NCBI GenBank assembly: GCA_951406725.2
Contig: OX597815.1
Location: forward strand, 51,088,001 to 51,152,000
Reading direction: 5' to 3'
DNA: 64,000 nucleotides
From: Octopus vulgaris
Lineage: Eukaryota
Part shown: piece after piece, positions 49,586 to 63,912 of the stretch
How positions within the stretch are numbered: the stretch's first letter is position 1
Layout of the letters: every line of letters begins with the position of its first letter
Notes under the pieces: model-generated
The model's input: only the letters and a program-made list of their open reading frames with translations
Databases searched by the model: none
What the model was told of the DNA's origin: nothing
Translations under genes and position numbers: made by a program

Positions 49586-51903
49586 TATTTCTCATAATTT
49601 TTAATGGTTCTCTAACAGGATTTCTAACATGTACACCCTTAATAGAATCTTCTGATAGCATCAGTATCACTTCGTATATGATAAAATTAACTCTTTAAAT
49701 TACAAGAATAGTCCATTCTATGAGCTTCCACATATTTTCTATCACTTCACTTTCACTCAGAAGCCTTGCAATGTTATACAGTGAAATCAGACCCGAGGCC
49801 TCATGAATGCAAAGCAAACTTTCATCATTCACTGATGCCTGTGGCCATTTTCGAGCATAGTGTAACTTGGAAAATACTATCAATAGTGAATTTTTGAAGA
49901 TAGTAGATATACTTTAAGGGAGATTTTTAGCTACTATTTTTATCATCGCCAAAGTTCACATAGTAGCTCTCATTGAGATAGATTCAATATATCTTTCTCA
50001 TGTGAATTTGTATCATTGAACCAATATGAGGAATCAATATCCTTTTTGTCTGATTACTTCAAGACTTATTGTAGGTTATATTTTACATTTATTTCTATGT
50101 CTAATCCAGTGTCTCTTGAATATGGCACATTTCATATTGATGAAGTCTGTGTCTTTTATATCTCAGTATCCTTGTCTGTGTATATTACAATGATTTAATA
50201 AATATGTCTGTTTGTCCCTTAATATCACTGAATTCTGTGAATTCACCATCAGCAGAAGGGATGTCTGTGATGAAGTCTACTTTATCCAAATTACATACAT
50301 ATATACATACAAGCATACACTCAAATATATATATATATATATATATGATTTTTATATCAACCTCGACCATCACTGACAAAAGTAGAGCAAATGATGCCAT
50401 GTTTCATTTCATGGTTCTTGTGATGAATAAAAAGATAACAATTAGATAATCATGTTAACTTTGAAACCAGTAGCCAGTGATATATTTTTGATGATGCATG
50501 GAGGAGTACAATCGAAAAGGTTGTGTAGCTAGCTGTCTGTTTAGTAGGAAGTGGTGAACAAAAATACTTATTTCATATTTTATGAGGGAAGAGAAAGAGA
50601 GGTTGAAAGAAATAATAACAGAAATTAGAAAAATGTATTGTAAATTAGCCAAACAGAATAATAAAGATAATAAATAAGCTAGAATAGGAAAATAAAGTAA
50701 TTCAGTAAAGAAAAGAAGGTTGAGAATAGGAAACAAGTGAGAGAGAAGGGGAAGTTGGATAAGATTGAGACAATCTGAATGGAAAACAAATGGAGAGCCA
50801 TGAGAGAGAGAGAGAGAAAGAGAATGAAACAATGAGAGAAAGAGAGAAAGAAAGAACAAGAGAGATGAAATAGAAAGGAAGATTTTAAGCAGAATTTTAT
50901 AAAACAAAAGAACATTGTTGGGAATAAAGTGTCTCTTTCACAGCCCGTCAAGAAATATTTGTCAATTGTTGTAGTAAAACAGACACTTGGGCTTTATTGC
51001 AGAAGCTTTTACTGTCAGCACTCCAGTATGATCCTTTCATTGGCCGTTTGATGTTGAGCAGAAATTTACTATCTAGACAAAGTCTGAGAATGTTGAAACA
51101 CTTTTTCTCTCTTTTTGTTCTTTCCATTAATTTATTTGCCCCAAATGTTGTCCTCTCCTTTAACAGTATGTTGTTATTTTTCCATTACTACAAACATTAG
51201 CTGAGACTATAATCTGAGTCCTCAAAAAAGTTGCTTGCACACACATACACACACACATGGATGCAAACACACACACGTATGTGTGTAAGATATGTATGTA
51301 TGTGTGTATGTATTTTTCAGTATTTCTCTTTCTTATTTCCTAATTTGGTGATGTCATGCATGAAAGTTGATGAACCAATAACTGACAACTCCTATAATTG
51401 GTACTTTTGACAGACTTCTGTGTTTTTGAGTAGACCATTATTGTTTGCTAGAGAATATGGTATGGTTTAATGTAGATTTTTCACTTCAACTGAAACCAAA
51501 CTTTTGCAGGTGATTTTGAAGGTTTTTGGGGAGTTTTTTGTATTGTTTTGTTTTTGTCTTTTACCTTTTAACTAACTTAATAACTTACAAATTTGATATC
51601 ACATTAAGGAAAATGATACAAGCATTTCTAGAACTGGAATTTTTTACCTGGACATTTAATGTACAAATTGACTTTTTTATCATTTGTCTAAATTAAATCT
51701 AATATTGATTTGAATAGTTTCTTATTTGATATTCATTTTATTAATGGCTTAGAGGAGATGGATAGAGTCCGTTACCATTTTGAGAGTTTGCAAGACTGGA
51801 GGGAAGAAAGAAGAAGCTTGTCCTCAAGTCAGAGACCTAACTTGACTACTTACAACAGAGTGGATTCTGTTAAATATCCCCGAAGATCAAGAAATATCAT
51901 TAA

Positions 51904-52119
51904 CCCTTTAGCATTCAGATTCTTCTGCTAAATGTGATGCTTATTTATTCTTATTGTTTTGAATTAATCATGCATCATTTCATTGCTTTAAGATCTCAAT
52001 GATTTGATTGTTTATTTTTAGAATAACATTGCACAATAGGTGTGAGATGCTGCATTTGGTTAGTTTGAATATAAAACAGAATATCTGGGCCGAATATGGC
52101 CAGCTTAAATGCTAATGGA
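51904..52119 (+). mobile_element. TTAA-flanked (piggyBac-type) MITE
   Basis: TTAA|CCCTTTAGCATT ... AATGCTAATGGA|TTAA. Confidence 0.7.
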
Positions 52120-52139
52120 TTAAAGTGAGCAACAGATTA

Positions 52140-52950
52140 ATTCTTCCCAGCAAAAATAGAATCAGTTCTTTCAGCAGAATCAGGAGTCAGAAGCGGCATG
52201 AGGCCAGCCAGTTTAGAGGAGAAATCTTTGAAAACACACAAAAGTGTGTCTTATTCACAAGAAGGGCAACCCCTTCTTACCTTACCAGTTATTGTCCCAT
52301 TGCATGAGGCCAGCCAGTTTAGAAGGAAAAATTACTGAAGTAGCCTAAGACCCAAGGAACAGAGGATACTGTAGTTGTGGTGGAAAAGACAGTGACAGGA
52401 GACAATATATTTGTGAGCCACAGACAGAAGAGTGTTAGTGAGTTGAATAACTTCATGCTAATCAGTTGCTGGCTGACCAGTTTTGGGATACAGTGTAGAG
52501 TTTATGTTCATGTAGCAGTAGCTGTCCCAGATGTGGATGAAGCACACAATTGTTGGTCCTACTTGAGCTTTGTAAAAGATGAATAATTGTTGTAAGTTGG
52601 AGTGATGCAAAAGAACCATAGTGACATCCATTAAAAAGGGATGGGATTCAAAGCATTATTTTTAAGATTTTGGAAATGAAAACAATGGAACAATAGCTGG
52701 TAAGGTGAGAGGGGTTGCCCTTCTTGGGAATAGAAGACACTTCTGTGTGCTTTTAAAGATCAGTATTGAGAGAGGGAGAGTGAAAAGTTTAGCAAGAAAC
52801 ATTGCCAGTGATGATGCAACCAGAGGTATTTCACCCTTAATATGTGCAGTGGTGAGTCTGGTAGAGAGGAGAAGGATAATCATAGAGGAGATTTACTGAG
52901 CTTATGTAGTGTGAACTTGGATGGAAAATAATAAACAAATGTGAAATATC
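52140..52950 (-). pseudogene. Old CR1-like LINE RT-region fragment with an internal inverted duplication
   Basis: KKGNP...PxYxPI-like motif on minus at ~52683-52760 and again on plus at 52221-52302. Confidence 0.45.
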
Positions 52951-54259
52951 TCTCTACAAGAGTGCTGCTTGTAAAACTTTAGTTTCTTTTCAATCCACCT
53001 CAATATTGATACCCTACCTACTCATTTTCTTCATACCCAAAGAGATTATCTCTGAGCTGACACTTGAATTTTGTGTTCCCTTTTTAACTTTCACTTTAGT
53101 TTTTGTCATATAGATCTTTAAATTTTTTTAATATCTAAAATAATTCATCCAAGTGTGGATATTTTAAGTGGCTTGTGGTCAGATTTTTCATTGAGAATCA
53201 AAACTTCAGCATATCTAATCCTGAATCTTAAGAACATTAGGACACTTAAGATGAGCTCTTCTTGGAACACCCTCATTTATGGCTTCACTTAAAAAGTCCT
53301 TGAAAGCCATTCCAAAAAAGAAAAATAATTAGCGGATCTTACTAAAGGTCCTTACCAGGTCAAGGAAAAAAACTAGAAATTATGTTCTTTGTTATGCTTA
53401 CCGTTTCCTTGATAATGTTTGCAAAATAATCAGGTAGGTAGAAACTAATTAAAGAGGACTAATTACATTTATCAGAAAGAATGACAATAATAAAGACATA
53501 TTATTGTCAGGAATGTGGGACAAGTGACAACAAACATTCGGGCACCAGCAACACAACATTGCTCCAATAAGAATGACTTTTACCATTAACACAAAACTAG
53601 GACACTTCTTGGGGAGGGATGTAGGTAGTTTCTAAGGTCCAGCACTTATCTTGTACTTTGTTGATTCTGAAAGAGTAAATGACAAAACAACTCTGGCAAG
53701 ATTTATTCAGAATTTAGAGCTGTATAACTAAATACTGTTTGATATGTGGTCAGGTGGTTTCCAAGGTTGCTATTATAGTGTTGATAGTGGAAAATTGTGG
53801 TTTCTTAACATTCTGGGTAAGACTACGAATTAGGGATGAAGATATTATTGACTTTACTAACCCCACTTCTTGATTTTTATTGATCTTGGGTTGATTTAAT
53901 TCTAGAATATCAAGGAATTTAACTAATTATCACATGGCATTCTGTCCAACACACTATTAATTCCACCATTCACCACAATGATATGAACAATGTTGAAATC
54001 AACAGAAGTGTGGATGATGAAAATTGTGATAATATTTTTATGAAAAAGAGTATTGTTTATATTGATTCAGTACTTGACTGTTTCTTAATTTTATTGCAAG
54101 AATGATGACAAGCAAAGGTAACCTCCTAGAATGTAAATTTTGCCTATCCAGTTCTTCAGCTTAAAACAAACACACTCTCCAAAAATTATTATTATGATGA
54201 TGTTAAGAAACATATTTTAAGCAAAAGTTTATGCATAAAACTGTGATGAAAAATTACCA

Positions 54260-54394
54260 CAGGAATGGGTGTGTGGTAAGAAGCCTGCTTCCCAACCACA
54301 TGGTTCTGGGTTCAGTTCTGCTATAACTCCTGGCCAACCAAAGCCTTGAGAGTGGATTTGGTATTTGGAAACTGAATGAAGCCCAACGTATATG

Positions 54395-54430
<36 letters not shown>

Positions 54431-54600
54431 TGTATGTATGTATGTATGTATGTATGTATGTATGCATTATCTATCTATCTATGTGTGTGTGTTTTTGTGT
54501 CTGTGTTTGTCCCCCTCACCACCACCACCACTTAGCATTTTGGCAAAAGAGACTGATAGAATAAGTACCAGGCTGAAAAAATAAGTACTAGGATCGATTC
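54260..54600 (+). mobile_element. SINE family A copy (deleted, with (TATG)n)
   Basis: Head GTGTGGTAAGAAGCCTGCTTCCCAACCACATGG and core motifs. Confidence 0.7.
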
Positions 54601-56575
54601 ACATTATTTACATTTGACGGATATTTGTCCTCATCTTGTTTGTTGTTAACACAACATTTATCACAAATGATAAAATTACATATTTATTTGATGGCAAAAT
54701 TTATTTGAATTTCTATTTCTTGATTATGTATTTAATCTTCAGTTACACCATCACAAATGATAAAAATACGTTTTTCCCTTTATCTGCTGATCTCAGTATG
54801 TCATTCTAGATACTCTGTTCCCAATAATAAAATACTTAGCCTTTCCCCTGTATATCTTTGATAGAGTCATAAAGGTGTCGTTATGACAAACAGTGTCTTC
54901 CGACAGTTTTTAGTTCTGGTGGAGCCCATTGTTTTCCAGATCTGAACTCAGTTTCTCCTAGAGAGAGAGAGACATGAACAGACAGAAAGACAAAATGAAA
55001 GGAAGAGAAGAATCAACTCCAGTATAGCACTGGTATTCCTGTTAATCAACCCTAAAAGGATGAAAAGCAAAGTTGACTTTGGTGAGATTTGAACTTAAAG
55101 TAGAGGTCATGAAAACCTGTTGTAAAGCAATCCATCCCACACTTGAATGGCTTTGGCAACTGGTCACCTCTAATAGGTTAGGAATAGAGCAGGTTCAAAC
55201 TTTCTCTACTCGGCAAAACATTGACCCTTTCTCTTTAAGAACTGAACTTAATAACTATTAAGAACAGCTTTTTCTTAGTTTTAAAGCCATTATGCTCAAG
55301 CACTTATTTAACATTGAAATAGTTTATTTACACTTGAGAAGTGAATGACAGGATATCTTGAGACAAAATATCTCTCAATTTTATAAGTTTGATGTATTGC
55401 CCACATTTTTTGTCCTTCATTTCTTTCTATTATTCAGACTAAATTGTGTCTATTTTATGTTTTCTTAATATTATGATTGAATTACATATTTTTTCTAGAT
55501 TTATATATAATTTAAGATATATAGCAAGGTAACTGAAAAGCTAAGTTCATTTTTTTTTTATCAAATATGTATCTATTTATAATAGCATATTTTATGTAAT
55601 ATAGAATTATAATCTTAAAAAAATATATAAAGAATTCACTTCATGCTTAAACAATAGAAGGTTTCATTCATAAATTCGTCTTTTCAGTGTTAGTTAAATG
55701 TGGAAGGAATAAGAATTTCTATGAAATAAAATTTCCTTATATTTTGAATTTCAGTAAAATTATTATCTGGTTTAGATAAGCTATTTCAGGGATATAAACA
55801 AGCTCACTTATTGTATGTACTGGTATTTGTGTATATCTATGCCTGTTTCTTTGCACATCTAAATGTTCTTTTTATGTGGTTGCTCATTTGCTTTCTTAGT
55901 GTTTTATATCAATGTGTTTTTATAGCTTTGTCTCCATGAACAGAATAACAAAATGAACAAAAACACCAAAGTTGCACATATATTATACAGCAGATAATAA
56001 ATATTTGTGATTCATTTGGAAAATTACATATTTATTTGATGGCAAAGTTTATTAACAAATTTATTATGGAGGGATGCAAAGAAAGGGAAATACAATAGAA
56101 AGGAACCAAAAATTCAGAGAAAGGAGGAAAGAGTAAACCTGTCAGAGAAAAATATTAGAAAGTGCTGTTGTGAAGGGGAAGAAAGAGGATGGAAACTTAA
56201 TAATAATATATAAAAACAAAAACAAATAGACAGGAAAGTGAAGAAAAGAGTAGCTAAATATATAAATAAAAAGAATTAAAAAAGCAGATAAAAAGACTAC
56301 GACATAAAGAAGGAGTGAATTGAAATGAGACAATGACAGACAGATGAAGGAGAAAGCACATTATTAAGCAAAGCACAGACATAAACTCTTATGATCATAG
56401 AATTTTCTATAAATGGAAAAACCAGTGGAGTTTGCAGTCATTCTTTATATCCAGAATTTCTGGAGAGCTATAAGACAGAAAAGGAAAAGGAAGAATAATG
56501 AAAGTTTTATAGAGTTATCTATTTACTGTTGTTGTTTTGCTTGTTTTGTTATATGAGCATGGATACGTGTAACTG

Positions 56576-56659
<84 letters not shown>

Positions 56660-58171
56660 AATATATGGTGGGTTTAATATGTGAAAGTTACAGTTTCCTA
56701 TCTCATATCTGTGCATGTGGTTAGTTGTATGTGTTTATGATTTTGTGTAGAATTATTTGCATGAAATTGTCTATAGAAATATACATATATGTGCACACAT
56801 GTGTGTGTGTGGGGGGGACATGTATGAGTGTGTGTGTATATATATATATATATTTCTGTGTATGTATGTATATCATCACTATTTAATGTCCACTTTCCAT
56901 GCTGGCATATATATATACACACACATTCACACACACACACACACACACATGCATGCATGCACACACACACACATGATACTGTTTACAGGTATGTATGATA
57001 ATCGTGTATCAGAATTTTTCTCCAGCATATGCATACAAATCATACAAGAAATAAATACACACACATATGATCACACAAATATTTCATGTTGCATACATGA
57101 AATATTTGTATATTTTTCTCTCTTTGCCTCAACATGCATCTGTGTGAGAATCTCAGTGTTATTTACCGATATATTTCTATATTTCTATCTATTGTACTAC
57201 ATGGATTATTAGTTAGAAAAAGGAATTGTTTTATAAGAATGAATATTTGTTCCAAAATGACGTTAGTATATGTATGTGCATCTGTGTATGCATATGTGTA
57301 TATACACATACGCATACACAGATGTATGCATATATGTATATACACATATGCATACACAGGTGTATGCATACACAGAAGTGCATCTGTGTATGCATACACT
57401 TCTGTGTATTCTTACGTCTTTTCTCTATCTCTTACTTGCATGATTGTTAGCAAGTCATGTGAATATCGTTAGATATATTGTCTGCCATCTACTGACATTC
57501 TTTTGCATACATCATCACTGGCCCAACAATAAATGTGCTGTCATTGTCAGAAAATGTACTAATAAATAGCACCAGACACATTTCTTCAGTCTACAGCCCA
57601 TGACCAACTCTGATGCGTGTAAGATTTGGGATATGACAGATTTCCAATGAAGACCTTTTTCTGATGTCTCTGGCAAAAATTGTCCATGAATATTGCAGTT
57701 TATATAGTCTGATGTCATAAAACTGGACTTTATTTTATATCTTCATTCTACATTAATGAATTTCTTTTTCTTTCAATCTTTTTTTTAAGTAAACTCATTT
57801 TGGAGTTGAATCTCTTTGAAATTATCATATAAAATATCTTTTAAAAGTGAAAAAGAAATTTTAAATTTTAAGTTCATAAATATTATTATTGCAGAAAATC
57901 TTAGCTTATACAAAATTAAACATTTTGGGAAAATAATCAAAACTTCCATCATCTGTTCTGTAACATACATTAAAAATTCAAATAATTGAAAAGAAATTTT
58001 TGGCAATGAGGAGATTGCAGATATCTTTATGCAACAAAAATATTCTGTCAAGTGCCAAATGATTGCTACTTCTGTATCTGACCTATTCCCTTTAGTTGCA
58101 CAAAGTATAGACTGAGGAATTTCATACAACACTTTCTGGAAGTGGGAATTTTTTATAAAGAAAACCTTCAT

Positions 58172-58402
58172 ATTCTTTTATTCTTTTACTTGTTTCAGTC
58201 ATTTAACTGCAACCATGTTGGAGCACTGCTTTCAAGGGTTTTAATTGAACAACTCAACCCTAGATCTTATTTTTTTAAGCCTAGTACTTATTCTATATGT
58301 CTTTGCCAAACCACTAAGTTACAGGGATGTCAACACACCAACACCAGTTGTCAAGCAGTGATGGAGGGACAAGCACAGACATAAAGACACGTACAGACAC
58401 AC

Positions 58403-58441
<39 letters not shown>

Positions 58442-58603
58442 ATGGGCTTCTTTCAGTTTCCATCTACTAAGTCCATTCATAAGGCTTTGGTCAGCCTGAG
58501 GCTATAATAAAGACACTTTCCCAAGGTGTCATGCCGTGGGACTGAACCTGGAACCACGTAGCTGGGTAGCAAGCTTCTTACTACACAGCAATGCCTGCAC
58601 CTA
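58172..58603 (-). mobile_element. SINE family A, full-length
   Basis: Reverse complement of the 19068-19505 type. Confidence 0.8.
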
Positions 58604-58660
58604 TATAACAACAAAATTAAATTAGCATATGTGTAAAGGGATAAGTGTAAACATTAAACC

Positions 58661-59965
58661 TGGGCACCAAACTGTTAATCTGATAATCGTTAATTAATGA
58701 GGTTACCAATTTAACTTTTAAGTTAACTTTAGAAATCATCATAGGACTAATTTAATTAACTTTTGTTACGTTTAACTGCCATTAATTCAAGTTTGCTTCA
58801 GTTAAATTCTGTTAACTCAAGTTGCTGTGATGATCTTTAGGCTTAAGGATTTGAACTCCAAGGGCCATGTCTACTACAGCCTTTTGGTTGATTCACTTTT
58901 GGCAGGCATCAACAAAAGGTTCAGAACCTTCTTAGAGGATGAGGAATGCTAGGTGGTTGCTGCTTTCCACCCCAGGTTTCAACTCATCTAGTTGGATAAG
59001 TATGACAACATCAAGGTGAGTAAAAACATGAAGGGTAAGGTCGATGGGGTCTGATGAAGTGAGCAGCAACAGTGGAGGCACAGCAATGAAGAGGAGGTTG
59101 ACTTCTTCAATGGTGTCACCCAGCCAATAGAGAGCAGCGGAAGCCACGGGTCATTCAAGGAAAAGGCCCAGAAGTTGGTCAAGACCTGGTTGGAAACCAA
59201 CTCCAAACACTTGCTGACAGATGCTGCCTTCTTGGGTGAGCAAATGTTGGTAGACTTGTTCAAGTTCAATGCAGCCATCCCCTCAAGTGCTGCAGTGGAA
59301 CATTTGTTCTTTATGAGCAAGGACATCTTTAGGGCCAAGAGATTATCCCTGTCTGATGAAAACTTTGACATGCTAATTTTCATGAAGGGCAACATGCATC
59401 TCATGAACAAAATGGAGAACAAGAAGAAGAGGAAAAAAAAAAATTAAATTACGTACTTATTGTGTTTTTCCTTTTTTAATTTATTTACTCTTTACTCTTC
59501 TACTTGTTTCAGTCATTTGACTGCGGCCATGCTGGAGCACCGCCTTTATTAAAAAAATATGGAATGCTTAATTTATTTTAATTTAATACTAATATTGTGC
59601 TTCCTCTGATTTTTTTTTTACCTTTTTCTAGCTCTAAAAGCCTTTTAAAACCTAAAATAAAAAAGAGGCCAAAACTATGAAATCAGCCTTTTTTAGGTCT
59701 TTTAAAAGTTAAAACTATAAAATCAGCATTTATAACTCAAAAGCAAAAAAAAAAAACTATAGTTTTTTGGGTTCTAAAGCCCTTAAAAAGGCAAAAAGGG
59801 CTTGATTTTATAGTTTTGGCACTTTTTAAAGGTGTTTTTGGGTGATTTTTAGAGCAAAAACTGATTTTTTGTTTTTTCTATATTGAATTTGTGTTACATT
59901 TTTATAGAATTAACTGATTAATGGGTAACGAAGTTAAATTTTCAATTAATGGTGCCCACCTTTGG
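58661..59965 (+). mobile_element. Internally deleted hAT transposon retaining the transposase C-terminus
   Basis: Ends TGGGCACCA... / ...TGGTGCCCACCTTTGG with TTAA(C)-rich subterminal repeats. Coding remnant (AAFHPRF) plus ORF 59175-59447 IPSSAAVEHLF...KRLSLSDENFDMLIFMK, resembling the hAT dimerisation domain. Confidence 0.75.
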
Positions 59966-61208
59966 TAAACATATAGGTGTACAAACAAAAGAAAAGGGAA
60001 CTCAACATGTACATGGTTGTTAAATATTTATATGACGTGTTCATTTACTTAAATCTGCATTATATAAAGTTTTACAAGTGTAAAGCCTATCTGATCATTC
60101 AGATGTTACGTGAGGAAGCTACAAAGGTCACTTGTCATTGAACGACGTATATAAGTCATTCTGATTAGTTAGTTTAGATTACAAGGTAGAAAATTACTAA
60201 AAAACTGTTAATTGTTATAGCAGCTGCTAAATTGGAGACAACTCTGATGTAAGAGATTAGAATACAGTCATGTTTGCTTCCATTAGAATTCAGTAGAATT
60301 TCAGTGAAGCTTCAGTATATATTATGAAATAATGGCCACCAACTAATGCTTTAATTTTGCCAGTAGTGAGTTGTGCTGATGACAGCAGTATGAAAGTTCA
60401 GTATTCTTATTAACTCTAACATCCTGTGCAACGCAAATTCACACAGCAGCACATGTATCTATCAGTCTTACGTCATAAGAAACCATCTAAATTAAAACAT
60501 GTTTGTTTATATTTGTTTTAAAGAAGTTAAGCTAAACTCACTGATCAAAGGGAGAAAACTGTACTCCCTTTTATCCTTTTAGATTTTGTAAAACCAATGC
60601 ACATATCACTAAATTTTAGCACTTCACTTGTTCATCAAAAAATTAATTTATGATATTAAATATACTGAATCTAATAAAAATTACAAAGGACAAATGATAC
60701 TTACCTTGAGAAACAGACTCCCTATTCATCAACAACAAATACAAGTTCCCAATAACAGACAGATTCCACTATGTGAACATTTAGACACAAGTACAACAAA
60801 CTAACCAACAAAATTTCTAGTCTTTCTCCAGATGGTTGACTTAAATGTGTATGGAGTGGCCAGCTAAGAGATCTTTTTCTGCATTCTGTCATTGGCAATG
60901 CATTTGTAACCAAGACACTTTCAACAGCTTAGTGTATTTAGCTCTATGTAGATAGAAAATAAGGTTATAATTCCCTATTGTAAACACCATACAAGTAACA
61001 AGTGCTTTGATAGTTTACAGCACTAAGTGCATTTTTTCTTTGGGATGAAAGGACAATCTCAGCACTGTAAGAGTAAATATCTAAATATCTTAGATCAGAT
61101 TATGAATTTCAATATTTCTATCAACAGTTTTTTATGCATCTTTGTGAAAAATACACTCTCATCACAGCATGTTTTCAGTGGCAACTAACATTTGATAATA
61201 GGTTTAAA

Positions 61209-61633
61209 TAGGTGCAGGCATGGCTGTGTAGGCACAAGTGTGGCCGTGTGGTAAGAAGCTTGCTTCCCAACCATAGGGTTCCAGATTTAGTTCCACTGCA
61301 TGGCACCTTGGGCCAGTGTCTTCTACTGTAGCCTCAGGCCAACCAAAGCCTTGTGAATGGATTTGGTAGACAGAAACTGAAAGAAGCCTATCGTATATAT
61401 GTATATATCTATGTGTGTGTGTCTTTGTGTCTGTTAATGTCCCCCCATCACTGCTCGATAACCAGTATTGGTATGTTTACATCCCTGTAACTTAACAGTT
61501 CAGCAAAAGAGATCAATAGAATAAGTACTAGGCTTTTAAAAAGATAAGTTGATTTGTTTGACTAAAAAACCCTTCAAGGTGGTGCTCCAGCATGGCCGCA
61601 GTTCAATGACTGAAACAAGTGAAATATAAAAGA
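61209..61633 (+). mobile_element. SINE family A, full-length, with a duplicated head
   Basis: AGGTGCAGGCATGGCTGTGT AGGCACAAGTGTGGCCGTGTGG..., core and GACTGAAACAAGT tail. Confidence 0.85.
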
Positions 61634-63837
61634 TATGATATTAGCATCACTTATTTATTGAGTGTGTGAATTAGTCAGCCCAACCAAAGCTTTACAGGTG
61701 CAATTAGATAAGTAACTGACGATTACATTAAGGATACAACCTCTTACACCATAATTCATTGAATAGTGGTTTAGTTGAACTGAGAAACTGGAACACTCAT
61801 TGTTGGAATTCATGCAGGATTCTTTTGCTATTCACATTAATTGTACTTTGTCCTGAAAATATCTTACTTGAAGATATTTTACTTTATTATTCAAACTTTC
61901 AACACATCATAACCAAAAATAAGACAATTTGAGAATTTCTTAATCATTTCTCAGACAGATGACAAAGATTTTGAGATAATATTCTTGTTCAATTTTGGCA
62001 ATTTTTGGCTTCTTGGTCAAGTTATTAATTAGAAAATCTGACACACAATAGAAGAAATTATAAAATGGTTCCACAATTGGCTGTTTTTCATTGAATTTAT
62101 TATAAAGCTGTGCAGCATTTATTCAGTTAGTATCATTAAATAGCATTTTTACTGACACAAATGTCTTTTCTTTAAAAGTGATAGATCAAATTAAGATACA
62201 TGTGATTAAAAGGTTGAACCTGGTACTGACAAAATGGGACAACTGCCCATACAGCTCCAACATGACACCGTCTTTTTCTACATAAACTCATTTCATGAAT
62301 TGGAAATGTTCCATGCTTAACTAACATTCTAGATTTTCCCTTAACTTAAATCCATTGTATGTTTTAGACAAGACTAATTACTGTAGAAGATTTAAATTGA
62401 CAAATTCGGAAGACATACTGTATTTCAAGAAACTATAAACTGAATGATTTCACACTAAATAATATATAAGATTTAATGCATATATAAAACAGAAGTTATT
62501 AGAAAGAATACATTCAATAAAATACATTGTTTACAATATAAAGGGTAATAAAATAAAATATATTATCCTTATATTTATCTACACACAGATAATTATAAGT
62601 GTAATTAAAAATGCTGTCTGTATTTTATCAGTATCCCAGTGGTGGAGAAATTTTGAATGATATTTATTGTTTAAAAAATATAATAATTTATAAATATATA
62701 TTTATACATATTATTGGATAAAATTAGATCCTTGGATAATCCATGATATCCTAGCTGACTACATGCTCATACAATTACCAAACTTACATTTTAGCCAGTA
62801 TAAACTCAGTTCATGTTTGACTCAATAGCATCATTAAAAAGTTGAGATTTTTCAATTTGTTGGTCTTCCCAGTGTGTTTATTTGACCTCAGTGGGTCAGT
62901 GTAGCTATTTTGTCAGCATTAGAAGAGATCAAAATAGAACTTAAAAGAAATGTGCTGGAAATATAACATTCAAATATTGCTCCTGATAGATATATCTTTG
63001 ATATATTGGGTCAATAGCTCAGTTTCAGTGTCCATATAACTGCTTCAAATCAGTCACAGTTCACCTTTGGCAAAGACATGAATTCTATAAAATCAAAAAC
63101 TCTTATAAAATTCTGAAAGATGTCATAAAAATATTTTACTCTTATGCCATTTTTGTCACAGCATTGTTTAGCTCCAAATTAACCCAAATCCAGCAGACTT
63201 ATGATCAAGGGCATTCCAGTCTTGTCAATCCAGTTCTTTATTTCTTCAGATATAATGAATTCATCGTCTTCTAATATGTCCTTTGTTTCAAACATTGTAA
63301 AATGGTATTTGAGCGAGATTTGGTATCTATTTTTAGTGACTGACTGACCACATAAAGGCTTCAGGTGACATTTTTATCTAATGATGTAAAGACTAACAGT
63401 TTCCATTATTCACCAAACATGTGCCATTTTCTTGGAATGTTCTCAAATATTTGTATAGTGATATCACATTTTCTTTTCTTAGTTCTGTCACACAAAAAAG
63501 AGTTGATGTGGTGAGTATATGAGTTCTTGAGTGTACTTGTGAGACTGATAAAGTTTTTTTGATACTGTCTTGCATTTGGAATTTTGGATACAAGATATGC
63601 TACTTTGTAGGTAATTTCATTTTTCCAGTTCTTTATTTAATTGATTAAATGAGAGATGACTGTACTATGACCCTCTACAAATACTCCAAAACCTGAAAAG
63701 GGAAGGGGAGAAGTTATTCTGACTTGAATGCTTACAATAGCATGAACTCTATTCAAAGCACCTAAGAACAGAGACAATCCCTTCAATAGTTTTTGTCTAC
63801 AACGTTTCATTTATATAGCTTTGTTTTAACATATAAG

Positions 63838-63910
<73 letters not shown>

Positions 63911-63912
63911 TA
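63838..63912. repeat. (CA)n microsatellite
   Basis: Long dinucleotide run. Confidence 0.95.

Noticed and set aside
50455-50951. Hydrophobic Leu/Phe-rich ORFs (also 121-360, 56142-56333)
   Set aside because: Reverse complement of purine-rich low-complexity DNA, not membrane proteins.
60377-60405. CTGATGA...GAAA motif
   Set aside because: Intervening sequence cannot form stem II and no stems I or III are present.
60699-60930. Strong minus-strand splice donor (AG|GTAAGT) next to a 63-aa ORF; also a strong plus-strand acceptor at ~20298
   Set aside because: No recognisable protein similarity or matching partner splice site, so a host exon cannot be supported.
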